The notes under the pieces are model-generated. The model had not been told where the DNA came from. It was given only the letters and a program-made list of their open reading frames with translations, and made no database searches. 64,000 nucleotides of DNA from the human T2T-CHM13v2.0 reference genome, Homo sapiens: assembly GCF_009914755.1 (NCBI RefSeq), contig NC_060931.1; one strand, given 5' to 3'. Both the position numbers and the translations under genes were made by a program. Below, in pieces: positions 1-15,183 of this stretch. Every line of letters starts with the position of its first letter. Positions within the stretch are counted from its first letter, which is position 1.

Positions 1-682
1 TGACACGATAGACTGGAGTTGTTTGGGTCTATCGTGGCAATGATCCGGGGATAATGGCAGTGTCTTATACAATTTCACTGAGATTGGAGTGCTCATGGTC
101 CTAATGGCAGAACCGGAACTGCCCCAGTTAAGTCCCACCATGGCGCCCAGTAAAGGGTGTGTGGGTCTTTGACCTTCTGCTTCATGACACTGTGGCATTG
201 CTAATTTTACTGATATTTTAACTAACATAATTGAGTTAGCATTTTTTTCCCCCTGAAAATTCATTTTTGTAATTCAACACCTGAATTAGGGAGTCCATCT
301 AGTGATGGTTTCATTTGGTTAATCATAAGCTAAAGACCTAGGAAAGGTCATTCTTAAACCTAAAGTGTTTTGGGAAAAATAATCGTGGGAGATGCATATG
401 AGCTTGAGACAGAGTTAATATGGAATAAATAACCTCAGTCCTGAGAAAACCTAGTTGGCTAGGCTGAAATAGACAAGATGAGAAGGTGGGAAGAAGATGT
501 TTTTAAAAATAATGAAAGTAACATATTCAATAAAAATAATTCAAACACTGTAGAAGTGTATGAAATAAAAAACAGAATCCTCCCACTCCTTCCTTCCTTC
601 TTTCTATACCATTCACTGTTACAAGCACTATTAATATTTTTGTATATTCTTCCAGTAACTTAAAAACACATGCAAATATATA

Positions 683-1568
<886 letters not shown>

Positions 1569-2046
1569 TATATCTACTCTTTGTTTACACAAATGGGTTA
1601 ATGCTGAATGTTAATCTTCAACATCTTATATTTTCAATTAATAATACAGTCATGTGCCCCATAATGATGTTTTGATCAGCAATGGACTGCATATACGATA
1701 GTGGCCCTGTAAGATTACCGTGGAGCTGAAAAATTCCTATCGCCTGGTGATGTCTTAGCCCTTGTAACATCTTAATGCAACACATTAGTTGTGTGCTTGT
1801 GGTGGTGTCAGTGTAAACAAACCTACTGCGTTGCCAGTTATTTAAAAGTATACCACATACCACAGTATGCCACATTATCAAGTACATAATCCTAGATAAT
1901 AACAATAAACAACTGTTACTAGTTTATGCATTTACTATACTATTTATTATTATTTTAGACTACTTTCTACACATGCATACACACATATTTATACACACAT
2001 ATATGTATAAAAGTTAACTATAAAACAGCCACAGGCAGGTCCTTCA

Positions 2047-2406
<360 letters not shown>

Positions 2407-2764
2407 TTACAATGGGACAAGATGTGGGGATGGAAGACAGTGATATTAATGATCCTGATCCTGTGTAGGCCTAGGCTAATGTATCTGTTTGTGTCTTAGT
2501 TTTCAACAAAATATTTAAAAATTAAAAACAATAAAAAATAAAAATTTTAAAAATAGAGAACAGCTGATATAAATAAGGATAAAAAGGAATTAAATAATTT
2601 TGTACAGCTATACAATCTGTGTTTTAAGGTACGTATTATTACAAAAGAATCAAAAGGTTAAAAAAATTAAAAATTTTATAAAGTAAAAAGTTATAGTAAG
2701 CTAAGTTTATTATTGAAGAAAGAAAATAATTAATAAATTTAGTGTGGCCTAAGTATACAGAGTT

Positions 2765-2909
2765 TATTTATTATTTTCACTTTTTATTTTTTTGAGATGG
2801 GGTCTTTCTATGTTACCCAGGCTGGATTAGAACTCCTGGGCTCAAGTGATCCTCCTGCCTCAGCCTCTTGAGTAGCTGGGATTACAGACGTGCATCACCA
2901 TTCCTGGCT
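2765..2909 (-). mobile_element. FLAM-type Alu monomer
   Basis: T-rich tail then a single monomer (GAACTCCTGGGCTCAAGTGATCCTCCTGCC); TSD-like agtatacagagtttat / agtatagagcttat. Confidence 0.85.
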
Positions 2910-3064
2910 AGAGTATAGAGCTTATAAAGTCTATAGTAATGTGCAGTAATGTCCTAGGTCTTCACATTCGCTGTCTACTCATTCACTGACTTACTCAGAG
3001 ACACTTTCAGTCCTGAAAGTTCCATTCATGGTAAGTGCTTTATACAGGTGTACCATTTTTAATC

Positions 3065-3326
3065 TTTTTTTTTTTTTTGAGGTGGAGTCTCGCTCTGTCG
3101 CCCAGGCTGGAGTACAGTGGTGCGATCTTGGCTCCCTGCAACTTCTGCCTCCCAGGTTCAAGCGATTTTCCTGCCTCAGCTTCCTGAGTAGCTGGGACTA
3201 CAGGTGCGTGCAACCATGCCCAGCTAATTTTTTGTGTTTTTAGTAGAAACGGGGTTTCACCATGTTAGCCAGGATGGTGTTTATCTCCTGACCTCATGAT
3301 CTGCCAGCCTCGGCCTCCCAAAGTGC
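3065..3326 (-). mobile_element. AluSc/Y-like SINE, slightly 5'-truncated
   Basis: Poly-T then GAGTCTCGCTCTGTCGCCCAGGCTGGAG...CCTCCCAAAGTGC; TSD-like attttt(a/t)atcttt. Confidence 0.93.
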
Positions 3327-5419
3327 ATTTTTTATCTTTTATACTGTATTTTTACTGTACATCTCCTATGTTTAGATACACAAATACTCATCATTGTATT
3401 ACAATTGCTACAGTATTCAGTACAGTACCATGCTGTACAGGTCTGTAGTCTAGGAGCAATAGGCTACACCATCTCGCCTAGGTGTGTAGTAGGCTCTATG
3501 ATCTAAGTTTGTGTAAGTATACTCTATGATGTTTGCACAATGATGAAATCACCTAACGACACCTCTGTCAGAAAGTATCCCCATCATTAAGTGATGCATG
3601 TCTATTGAACTTTACTCCTTCTTAGCACATTTAGATCTGTGGCGTCCTTTTAAATAACTGCATGGAATTCCAGGGTATGGATATAACAATGTTTAGATGT
3701 ATGCTATTTCAATCATTACTGCAGTGAATATCCTTATAAGTCACATTTGAAAATTTGTGCAAGTATGTTCATAAAATAAATTTTTAGCAGTGGAAATGGA
3801 GCTAAAAAGACGTACATTAAAAATGTTGATATATATTGCCAAGCTGATCATCTTACACACCGACTAACAGTATGTGTGCTTAGTTTCCCACTCCAGGCTA
3901 ACGTTTTATCGTGGAAGACACTTCTAATGTGTGACAGTGAATTTCCCGCCGATTTCTCTGCATAGCTTTATGGTGAGAGTCCAGTGCTGGGGACAGTGAT
4001 AAGTTCAGTGAACTGCAGAAGCCAGACTACAGAGTAGTAAGTCCTGTTAGCCAAGATAAAACAATGGTTGAGCTACAAATCACACTGAGAGCAGATGAAT
4101 TTTGGTAATAACCTATCAACCTGGGAGAATCAGAATTAGAGCACATTAATTCATGATTCAGCAAATATTTATTGTGAGGTTATAAGCAACTCCTCCACTG
4201 AATAAGCCCCTTGAAAGCAGGAGCTTTGGCCTCCACAGAATTGTAGAATGCGGCCTGGTTGAGAGTTGTTTTTATTGTTGGTGTTGTTTGTTTGCTTAAT
4301 TGGCCACTTCCTGTGTACCAGGTGCCTGGCTCTGTGTAAAGCCGGGGATTCAAGATGGCTGACATGTTATTCTTGGTTCCAGGAGCTCCGGGTAGGAGAG
4401 ACAGTGGGATGTAAACCAGTCTGAAAAGTCACAGAGTACAGGCAAAGTAAACATTGAGCAACTGACTTGCACGGAGTACATAAATTTCCCCAAAGTTCAA
4501 TATTTGAGCCGGGTCTTGGAAGATGAGTAGGGAATGATTTCCAGATTAAGGAAGGACTTTTAGACAGAGGAAACCACGATGAAAGAGGTGGAGCTTTGTG
4601 GAATGCCCATGTGAATGGCACAGGGGTTGTGTGTCAGGGAGAAAGGAGAGCAGAAGGGCATGTGCTTCCTACTTACAAGGTGCCAGGAGTGTAAGGGAGA
4701 GACTTAGGGAAGGAGTGGGTGTTCCCATTCAGGCTGTATATCTGAATTGTAGTGGGGCACTGGTAAGCCATGAACATCCCATAGCTTTAATGTGCCTCAT
4801 TTGTAAAATGGCTAGATCATTTCTAATATTTTTATCAGCTCAAAAATCTTTTGGCTTTTGAGCCACAGGACTTGAACTTGCCTGAAAGGTTTTTATCTTC
4901 CAATCTGCATACTGCAGAGCATTGTGTGATACCTAAGAGTGTTCCTTTACTATGGTAGTAAGGGGCTGCTTATAATTTGCTGGAATTAACAACCAGGGGC
5001 ACTTACTGTGACCTCAAATACTTTATATGCCTTTTGGCAAAACAGAAAAAGAAAGAAATACAAGAAAATAAAAGAAAAGAAGAGAAGAGGATACTAGTAA
5101 AAATGAAGAAAAGTGAAAAGCGGGACATAGGAATCTTCTGGTAATTACTCTTTATATGCAGCTGAATCCTATCTCCAGTCTTGAAGTTGAACAGACGTTG
5201 CTTAAATGGTTTCTCTGAAGTACATTGCAGAGTTGGATGTCAAGTGTCCTCTTTCTTGGGATTCACACGCTGAATGAATTTTATTGGACTTGATAAGCTT
5301 GCCATCATGTCCTCCTCTGTGGCAAAGGGAAACATTCTGACTGAGGCAGTGTCTAAAGATAGAGAGAACCCTGGGACCTATTGATTAGAGACCTCCCTTC
5401 AAGCTGACACCAGTACTAT

Positions 5420-6130
5420 TTGAGAATTATTACCAAGCCCACCTTGCCCAAAAGAATGAAGGACTTGTTTAAAGTTTGTGCTGACTTTCAGATGAACTAT
5501 ACATAGTTCCCCCAATTTTTAGACTCAGACTTTTCCAAGTGGTATTTGAGGCTATCTAGAAGCAAACAAAAGAAACACAAGCAGATAGCCCATAAGACCA
5601 AACATGTGCCATCATAACATCTCTTGTGACCAGTGACTCACCTAAGATGAGGGAGTTTGCTGAATTTATTGAATTATTGAAGAAGGATGCCTTGCCAGCC
5701 CTGTCAGTCACTAGAGTCTTGGATTTTACAAAGGAAAGCGAGAGGTCTAAGAGGCTCTGCTAAAACCTCCGAGAGTCAAGCCATCTGTCCCACATTGATA
5801 TTGGGGATTTCCAAAATAGCTTCCTATGAGATCACCTTGCATGTGGAATCCATGGCAGACACCTCCAGGGGGACTCCTGATGGAACCAAATGTGATATTT
5901 TCATTGGCATGGAGCAAGGACTGGCCGGTGAAAACAAATTTCTGATTTCCTCAGAAATTCAAGGGCAGCACAGGGTTACTGATAGTATGACAAGAGAGGG
6001 ATCTTACTGTGTGGGTGAGGAGGTGCCAATCCCAAATTACTGTCAGGATTTTGGGGACCTGCAGTCTTTGTTCAGACAGTGGAATTCTTCATCCATGATT
6101 CACTCCCAGATACTCCCAGAGTAAAGATTG
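5420..6130 (+). mobile_element. Probable highly decayed Gypsy-type LTR retrotransposon pol (reverse transcriptase) remnant
   Basis: One frame from 5447 reads PKRMKDLFKVCADFQMNYT*FPQFLDSDFSKWYLRLSRSKQKKHKQIAHKT, resembling PKKDG-R-CVDYR-LN...FSKLDL...KTAF. The downstream ORF has WILQRKARGLR...LG and a PIP...DLQSLF stretch. Recognised by eye only. Confidence 0.45.
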
Positions 6131-7389
6131 TTTTGGAAGAATGGTCATTGTGAAAGAGCATATCCCTCTACCAGTATCAAGAGAGCTACTGGCAGAGTAT
6201 GTCATACATATCATTGGGTGTCAGGAAACTTAAGTATTTCTATGTCAGTAAAGACCAGGAGACCCATGTGGAGCCATAAGCACCAGATGAAAGTAATGAT
6301 GGTTGATAGTCCCCAGCTGGCGAGACATTTGCCTGGCCATTTACCAAGATTATTGAAACTAATATCACAGTAGTTGTTTAGTTGATATTTCTGGAGCTAT
6401 GCTGCAGTTGTGGAGTTTGAGTCCTTCTTGGCAAAACTTAGGAAAATATTGGATCAATCAGAATTAGAGTTCCAAAAGTGTTTCTAGGCTTATGATCTTG
6501 CAAAGTAACTGGACCGTATCCAGATGCTCAATAAGGACCGATCAAATGAATGAGTGAAGAAGGAAGAAAGGAATGACCTAATATTATATAAACAGTAAAA
6601 TGGCTCCAGAATTGTTTTTATCTAGTTTGATGGTACCTGTAAACAAGGAGAGAAATGATTGTAAGCCTAAACATGTAGGTGATAGGATTTAACTACTTTT
6701 CACCAGAAGTTGTAAAAAGAGAAAACAAAGAAAAAAATGATCAATTTCTAATTCTTTCATGTCCTTTGAAAAACACAGTCATAGGAAGATCTCTCAAAGT
6801 AAACTGCATTTAATTCTGGACATGTTATCAATTAACTTGAAATCATAAGTTTTGAATCTAAAGAGATAGCTTTGAATATGTCACATATATACCTAATGAA
6901 CTGTACTAGTGTCTCAATATTTAAAGCCTGTGAAGCTCCTAACATGGAGGTGGGAATGGAGAAGAAGAGCCCCATAGACACTTGCAAAGGTCATTCCAAG
7001 TTTATGAAAAAATCAGATTGTTGAAGTGAAGCAGGAAGTTTCCAAGAAAGAATCAGATTTTCTTTCTACCTGAGAAAACACATAACATCTTTGGCAAATG
7101 AAATTAAAACTGCACATGAAAGATTGAGTTCCTGTAAAAGTCACTTAACTGGGAAAGACACAACCACATATTTTATACCATGGAGCTGCAGAAAGTTCAG
7201 TGTCATATCAAATAATTATTTTCTCAGCACAAAATGTAAGACATCTTGAGGATGAAATTTCAAGACAGTAAGTTTCATTTGGCATCAACATTTTAGCATC
7301 CGATCTTAAGGGACCCCCAAAACTGTAAGACAGAGAAAGCAACTATTCAGTCGCCAATGTAGCTGCTTTAAGAAGCACTGGGCATTTCT

Positions 7390-7456
7390 TTCTTCCTTAT
7401 TTTTAAAATTTAGATTCAGGGAGTACATGTGCAGGTTTGTTACATGGGTATATTGC
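7390..7456 (-). mobile_element. Extremely 5'-truncated L1PA 3' end (67 bp)
   Basis: GTACATGTGCAGGTTTGTTACATGGGTATATTGC is an older L1PA 3' terminus; 19-bp TSD agaagcactggg(c/t)atttct at 7371-7389 and 7457-7475. Confidence 0.85.
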
Positions 7457-7588
7457 AGAAGCACTGGGTATTTCTGTATCTGGTAAATTCAGAGATAGTC
7501 TCCCAGTGTACTTTGTTTTGCAGGTTTAAATATTCCATGATTGAATATACTACTACAATAATTTTCAAAGTGAGGTTAGCAGACTTGA

Positions 7589-7971
<383 letters not shown>

Positions 7972-8214
7972 CCCTGGGCGATTCTTAAGCACATGGAACT
8001 TCGATAACTTTTAGAACTTTGATTAGGGTTGTGATTGTAGATCTAAAGTTCTTGGTTAGTTCCTTTAAATATTGGGAATTATATGCTGGAGGAAGTAGGC
8101 ATGGTTAAACAAATATTTCTTTTTAAAAATTAAAACAGCCTTATTATTTTTCTCTATAGAAAAATGGTACATGCTCATTATAAAAAAATAAAAAATGTTA
8201 GCATATAGAGAAGA

Positions 8215-8550
<336 letters not shown>

Positions 8551-8637
8551 TTAAGATTAGTGATATTAACCCTTTAAAATCATATTTGTTGCTAATATTT
8601 TTCTCAGATTGTCATTTGCTTATTTTTTACCTATAGT

Positions 8638-8731
8638 TTTTATGAAATAAATTTTTTATGAAATAAAATTTTATGAAATAAAATTTATCAATTTACATTT
8701 TTATGAAATACAATTTATGAAATAAAATTTT
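8638..8731. repeat. AT-rich tandem repeat, about 5 copies of TTTATGAAATA(A/C)A
   Basis: Directly visible repeated unit. Confidence 0.9.
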
Positions 8732-9393
8732 TCTCTTTTCATTTCTGGCCTTTGACTTATGATAAGAAAGACTGTTACTTCCCTGGATAATAAAAATCTT
8801 CATGTGTTTTTCTCCTATACTTTTCCATTTTTCCAATCTTTACATTTAAAGTGTTGATCCCACTGGAATTTAACGCAGTATAAATAATAAAGCTGGGATC
8901 CAGCTCTATTTATTTTGTCCAAATGGCTAGCTAGTTTTTTCAAGATCATTTCTTTTTGTTATGTATGAAGACCATTTCCCATTTCTTGAATAATTTATCT
9001 TATTCCCACTGATGTAAAATGCTACTTTGATTATGTACTAAATGTCTAAACATACTTTCTGGCCCTACCATGGCAATTTGGTCAGTCTGTGTATTTCTGT
9101 GTCAGCACCATACATTTTAATATCTCATTACTCTTATGTTTAGAATTTTCTTGGCTAGCTATTCTTGAATGTTTATTCTTCCAGATAAGCTTTAGAATTA
9201 TTTTTCAAAGTTTCAAGAAAGATCCTGTTGGGACTTTCATTAGAATTATGTAACTTATACAATATATGTTTACATAAATTTATAAATTAACTTGGGGGAG
9301 AACTGGCTTTTTTGCAATTTTGAGTCTCCTTATGTGATAATATAAGAAGAGACATGATTTCTCAAATAGCTCAAAACTTTGTTGAAACCTCCT

Positions 9394-9427
<34 letters not shown>

Positions 9428-9435
9428 TGTGTGTG
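9394..9435. repeat. Compound microsatellite (TC)n(TG)n
   Basis: Directly visible. Confidence 0.97.
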
Positions 9436-10741
9436 ATCACAAATAGATTTTGCCTGTTTCTTGTAAGGTTTATTTCTGGGAATTTTACAGGGTTTTGTTG
9501 GCTTATGATTAACCATATGGTTCTAAGGTATGTGCGTAGACCTATGTGTGGCCTAACATGTAAGCCTGGAGCTAGATTGCTGTGGTTTTAGGGAATTGGT
9601 ATGTGATAGAAGACTGTGTTTTAGAGATAAACCCAAATGGATCTTTAACGTAGTTTACAAGTTGCCATGAGGCTTTGGATAGATTCTTCTTTCTAAGCTT
9701 CTTTTCCCACATGTGTACAATAGGAAATCTTGAAGGGATTTGTAAGCATTGAATTGTCTAACATAGCGCTTAGCAAATAGTGGGTCATCAGATATGGGAG
9801 CAGTTTGAAGGCCAAGTCAGTCTCAAAATTCCTTGCAATGTTGAGATTCCTTGATGCTTTCAAAAAAGTATTTATACTTGGCAGAGTTTTAAAAAATGCT
9901 TGTAATAAAAGCACTGTTCTAATAGTGCCCTCTCCCCTCCTCTGATGGCATATTTGATGTGACAAAGAGAGCTCATGCAATGACTGTCTTGTTCTGAGCA
10001 CCATCACTGCTGAAAGGTTTCATCTCAGTCACATCGCAATGGGGGGCCTGGTTCTTTCTTCTTACACTGTTAATTAATGGTCCACTGGGGAATTAGGGGA
10101 GGGACTTCAATGTGTTAATGGCTTAGTAAAGTACATCTGAGGCACTCAGACCATTTGGAGTACCCAGTTAAGAATGATTTGCCACGTACAGGAGAGCTGA
10201 AAGAAGACTTTCAGGAACATGGGCATTCAGCTAAACCAATAGTTAGCCCCACACTTTTAACGGCATAATCGCCAACATAACCATTTCAGCATAATAGCCT
10301 TTTAATCCAGAAACAATTACTTTGGATAATAAAGTAACACTTTAATTTGCTTGACACAAAATTTGACCTATGTGGATCATATAATGGTGAGGTGAGGGGA
10401 AGGGGAGTCTGTTGACTTCTAAATACATTATAAAGCGACAACACATAATATACTTTAGGCCTGGGGTGCTGTAAATGGCTTAGCAGAAAAATAAAATGAT
10501 CCGGATCAGCTATTGCTTTGGAATTTATGAAATACTTCATTATTTGGACATTGGTTTCCTTAGGAAGGATAGCTAAACCTTGAAGTTGATGCATGTTGAT
10601 TAAATTTGTTCATTTTGAACACCTACTACGGGAAGTGCTATGGGTGATACAATCAGTCAGCACACTTTTACTGAGTAAAAGATAATGCTGTTCCCTCAGA
10701 GGGTGATGTAAATCACACGTGTTGCTTCACTATAGCAATAT

Positions 10742-11137
<396 letters not shown>

Positions 11138-11714
11138 TAAATCCTAAAAGGTTCCACATATACACCTACTAAGTGGGTGAGTGAAATAGCTAATCTATAT
11201 TCTTGGTATAGGCGAGGACTCTTGTTTTTTCATTTGGAAGAAGAGCTGGGACCAGGCTTGAGAGACTTGTGCTATATAATATCAGGAATTCCAAAAAGCC
11301 TCATCTTGTGCCTGATTCAAAATACTATGCCTACTGTATAGCGGATAGTTAAAATCTGACAATTAATTCCTGTCAGCTAACTACATCTCTCATTAAATTC
11401 CAACTGTTTCCTGGGAAGTAGTAAAGGTTACTGGCCATTTACACCTTAGTAAGAATGAATTTATAACAGCTTTCTTAAAGTAAGTAAAGGAGATATTATT
11501 AAGTACTAAAAAAAAATGCAGGCTGCTAGCTAAAATATTCTAACAATTTACGATTAAGAATAAGATGGTTTATAAAGTCTTTTCTTGAAAGTAGATTTTG
11601 ATGTATTAGAGATGGGATCATACTGGATATATAATTTTGTATGTTAATCTTGTTTTGTATTTAACATTATAGCATAGGTATTTTCTCATTAAAAAGTCTT
11701 TGATACTATCCCTC

Positions 11715-12063
11715 TGTTAGGGACTGAATTGTGTTCCCTCCAAAATCCATATGTTGAAGCCCTAAGCACAAATGTGACTGTATTTGGATATCGTGCCTTT
11801 ATGGAAGTGATTAAGGTTAAAGGAGGTGATATAGATGGGGCCCTGATTCGACACAATTTGTATCTTTCTAGGAAGAGACACTAGAGAGACACTCAGCTGC
11901 AGTGAGAATACACAGGCATCTTCAAGGTAGGAAGAGATTCTTCACCAGAAACTTCCCGTGCTGAGCTTCGATCTGGGACTTCCAGAATCGTCAGAAAGTA
12001 CATTTCTGTTTATAAATACCAGTCTATGGTATTTTGTTATGGTAGCCTGAGCCGACCAATATA
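11715..12063 (+). mobile_element. MLT1A/B-type MaLR solo LTR
   Basis: TG...GGACTGAATTGTGTTCCCTCCAAAATCCATATGTTGAAGCCCTAA start; CAGTCTATGGTATTTTGTTATGGTAGCC end; 5-bp TSD ccctc. Confidence 0.88.
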
Positions 12064-12699
12064 CCCTCCAATGGCTGCATACTATTCTGATGAATGCCCT
12101 GGCTGGAATTATTTTTCTGTTCTCCCACTGTTGGACAGTTATTGGTTTATAACATGGAAGATACTGTTAGGTCTGTGAACTACCCTTTTATAGATGGCTT
12201 TGCTTCCTTTTTTCCTTTGGATTTTTGAAAGTTGGGCTTTCCTTCTCTGAGATATGCCTGTGCATAAAAACAGTCATCATTATTAAGGGGGCTTCTTGCC
12301 TTTTCAGGATGAGGGGTCTGCAGGTTTAAGTATCCTAGATCAGGGCTGTGCAAACTGTGGTCTCTGGGCCAGTGCCCGTCTGTGAACAATTTGCTACTCA
12401 TCCACAATGAGACAAATACAGAAATCACGAGGAAATATTTAGAAACCTTCATAGCAATTTGACATTGCTGTAGCATCCAAGAAGTGGTCAGGGGATGGTC
12501 TTGCAGTGTATAGAACAGATCAGGTCATGAGTTTTACGTAGTGGGACTCTGTGGGCATTTTAGGATTCTGATTCAGCCCATGTAAATTGTAGAAAACAAA
12601 CAACTGGTTCTACACCTGAGATGTACTGAGAAGAGTGGAGGATGCACGAAACTCCTAAAACCTTTAGAGCAAAGAGTTGCAAATAGTAGTTAAGGGACA

Positions 12700-12900
12700 G
12701 ATATGGTTGAAACTCCAGTGCTGCCTCTTATTTGCTTTGAGACCTTTGCCAGACTACTAAAGCTCGCTGTGTATTGGTTTCCTCAATTGCAAAAACAGGA
12801 GTAACAATAGAATTAACTTCATAATATGATCCTACAGAGAAAGGACTTGGCATATTGCCTGGTATGTATCAAGTGCTCAGTAAATAGAAGCTACCATTAC
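12700..12900 (+). mobile_element. MIR SINE remnant
   Basis: GTTTCCTCAATTGCAAAAACAGGAGTAACAATAG core and TGCCTGG...AAGTGCTCAGTAAAT tail. Confidence 0.65.
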
Positions 12901-13399
12901 TATGTCACTAAACATCATGCAAGCAGCAGTTTGTGGAAGGGTTCCTTTATTTGTTATTATTGCAAAACCCAAAGCTCTTGAGTGAAGCAGCATTCCCCTC
13001 TTTTTATCAGCCTATTTGTGATCCAGGAGCTGGTGTTTGTCTTCTACACAGGTTGGGACCGCATCCCTTGCAGGGCAGCCTGGATTAGAGGTGACAGGCC
13101 AGGAAATCACAGACCCTTTAGAGCACCCTCTCCACTCCTTCCTGCACTGTCACCAGCTCATCAAAAGCTCTGTTTATCTCACAGTTGCCAGATGTCTGTC
13201 TTTTTGAGGTTGTCCTGAATTTTATTGCCCTGTCCTGTTTACAGTCCTCATGGGCACACAATGGCCTGAGCCCAGGGAGAAGCTGTATATCCATGACGTG
13301 TCCTGTCAACATCCTGGCACATTGGGACCCCCATTCTGCTACTGCTATTGACCCACTCCCTACCTTGCAGGCTTGATGGAGGGGGAGAGCAGAAAGAGG

Positions 13400-13560
13400 G
13401 TCAGAGCTGGTGTTTGAGGATCTGGATTCTTATCCTGGCTCTGCTGCTTATGGCCCCTCAGCCCCAGTGTCCTCATCTGTAAAATGGGGACCGTAACACC
13501 AACCTCACTGTGAGTATGGTGACTGAATGAGAGCCGCTGAAAAGTGTTCTAGTGCATAAC
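13400..13560 (+). mobile_element. MIR SINE remnant
   Basis: CAGTGTCCTCATCTGTAAAATGGGGA core. Confidence 0.65.
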
Positions 13561-13629
13561 ACATGCAACTTTCTTTCCATCCTGCCAGCACTGATCTTCT
13601 CTCTGCCTCTTAGTGCTGTGCTAAGTGTA

Positions 13630-14019
13630 CAGTAGTCCTCCCTTATCAGAGCTTTCCATGGTTTCAGTTACCCATGGTCAACCTTGGTCCAAATTCCAGA
13701 AATAAATAATTCATAAGTTTTAAATCATGCTTCATTCTGAGTAGCATGATGAAACCTCAAGCTGTCACACTCTGTCCTACCCACGATGGGAATCATCACT
13801 TTGTCCAGGAGAGATGATTGGGGGACCGTAAAATAAGGGTTCCTTGAATCTCATTTTGCCTTATTTCAGGGAACTCTTATTTTACTTACTAATGTCCCCA
13901 GAGTGCAGAGCAGTGATGCTGGCATATTGTTGTAGTTGTTCTATTTTATTTTACTTATTGTTGTTAATTTACTATCTTTAATTTATAAATTACTGTGCCT
14001 AATTTATAAATTAGACTTT

Positions 14020-14070
<51 letters not shown>

Positions 14071-14166
14071 AAAACATAGTATATATAGGGTTGGCTATAA
14101 TCCCAGGTTTCAGGCATCCACTGGAGGGTCTTGTAACATTTCATCTGAGAATAAGGGGGACTACTC
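13630..14166 (+). mobile_element. MER44 (Tigger7-family) DNA transposon containing a (TA)n tract
   Basis: TIRs CAGTAGTCCTCCCTTATC...GATAAGGGGGACTACT-like with flanking TA; GGTTTCAGTTACCCATGGTCAACC and AAATTCCAGAAATAAATAATTCATAAGTTTTAAAT motifs. Confidence 0.85.
14023..14065. repeat. (AT)n microsatellite, about 21 units
   Basis: Directly visible. Confidence 0.98.
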
Positions 14167-14349
14167 TACAAAGCATTGTACAAAGGGAATTCCTCACTAG
14201 AATATATGTTCCATAAAGCCAGAGATTTGTCCATTTTATTTGTTGCTCTATCCCAAGTTCTAGAATAATGCCTGGTGACAGTAGATGCTTTATTGACATA
14301 TGTTGAACAAATTAATTAAAATGAGTTATACACTCACATTTCTTGGTGT

Positions 14350-14760
14350 CTCCTTTAGGATATTTTCAACTCTAAGCAACAGAAAACCCTGACTCCAAAG
14401 AGGATATTGATTATTCCATAAACCAGAGAAGTCTGGAAGTAGAGAGGTTCTGTGGGTGGTTAGTTTCATGGCCCATAAGCATCATCTCTAGCCCAGGTCC
14501 TTCCCACCTTTCCACCCTGTCCTTCTCAGGCTGGTTGCCCTCAGAGTCATAAACAGTTGATGCAGTTCCAGGCATCACATATAGACAGTGACATCAGGTT
14601 GAAGCAGAGAGAGACTCTCTCTTCCTTGTGTATCTTTTCAAGAATGTAGAAATCTGTTCCCAAAATCCTCTACTTGACTTTTGTTCGCTTGCCTATTCCT
14701 GGTTTAGGCAATCACAAGCTTGGCCCAGTAAGGATTAACCCTGAGTTACGTGTGGGAAAG
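14350..14760 (-). mobile_element. Old MLT1 (J/K/L-like) MaLR LTR remnant
   Basis: AAGCAACAGAAAACCCTGACTCCAAA and GCAGTTCCAGGCATCACAT motifs typical of antisense old MLT1. Confidence 0.55.
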
Positions 14761-14858
14761 TTAATACCTAAAAAGTTCTGGCCTTTGTCAAAAAGGAAGA
14801 AGAGAGGGCAACCAAGAATGTCAGATCCACCTACTCTTTGGAGTCTTAGAAAAAAAAG

Positions 14859-15183
<325 letters not shown>

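Noticed and set aside
135-172. Perfect Kozak CCACCATGG at ATG 140
   Set aside because: Opens only 10 codons (MAPSKGCVGL*); there is no promoter or CpG-island context and no strong donor.
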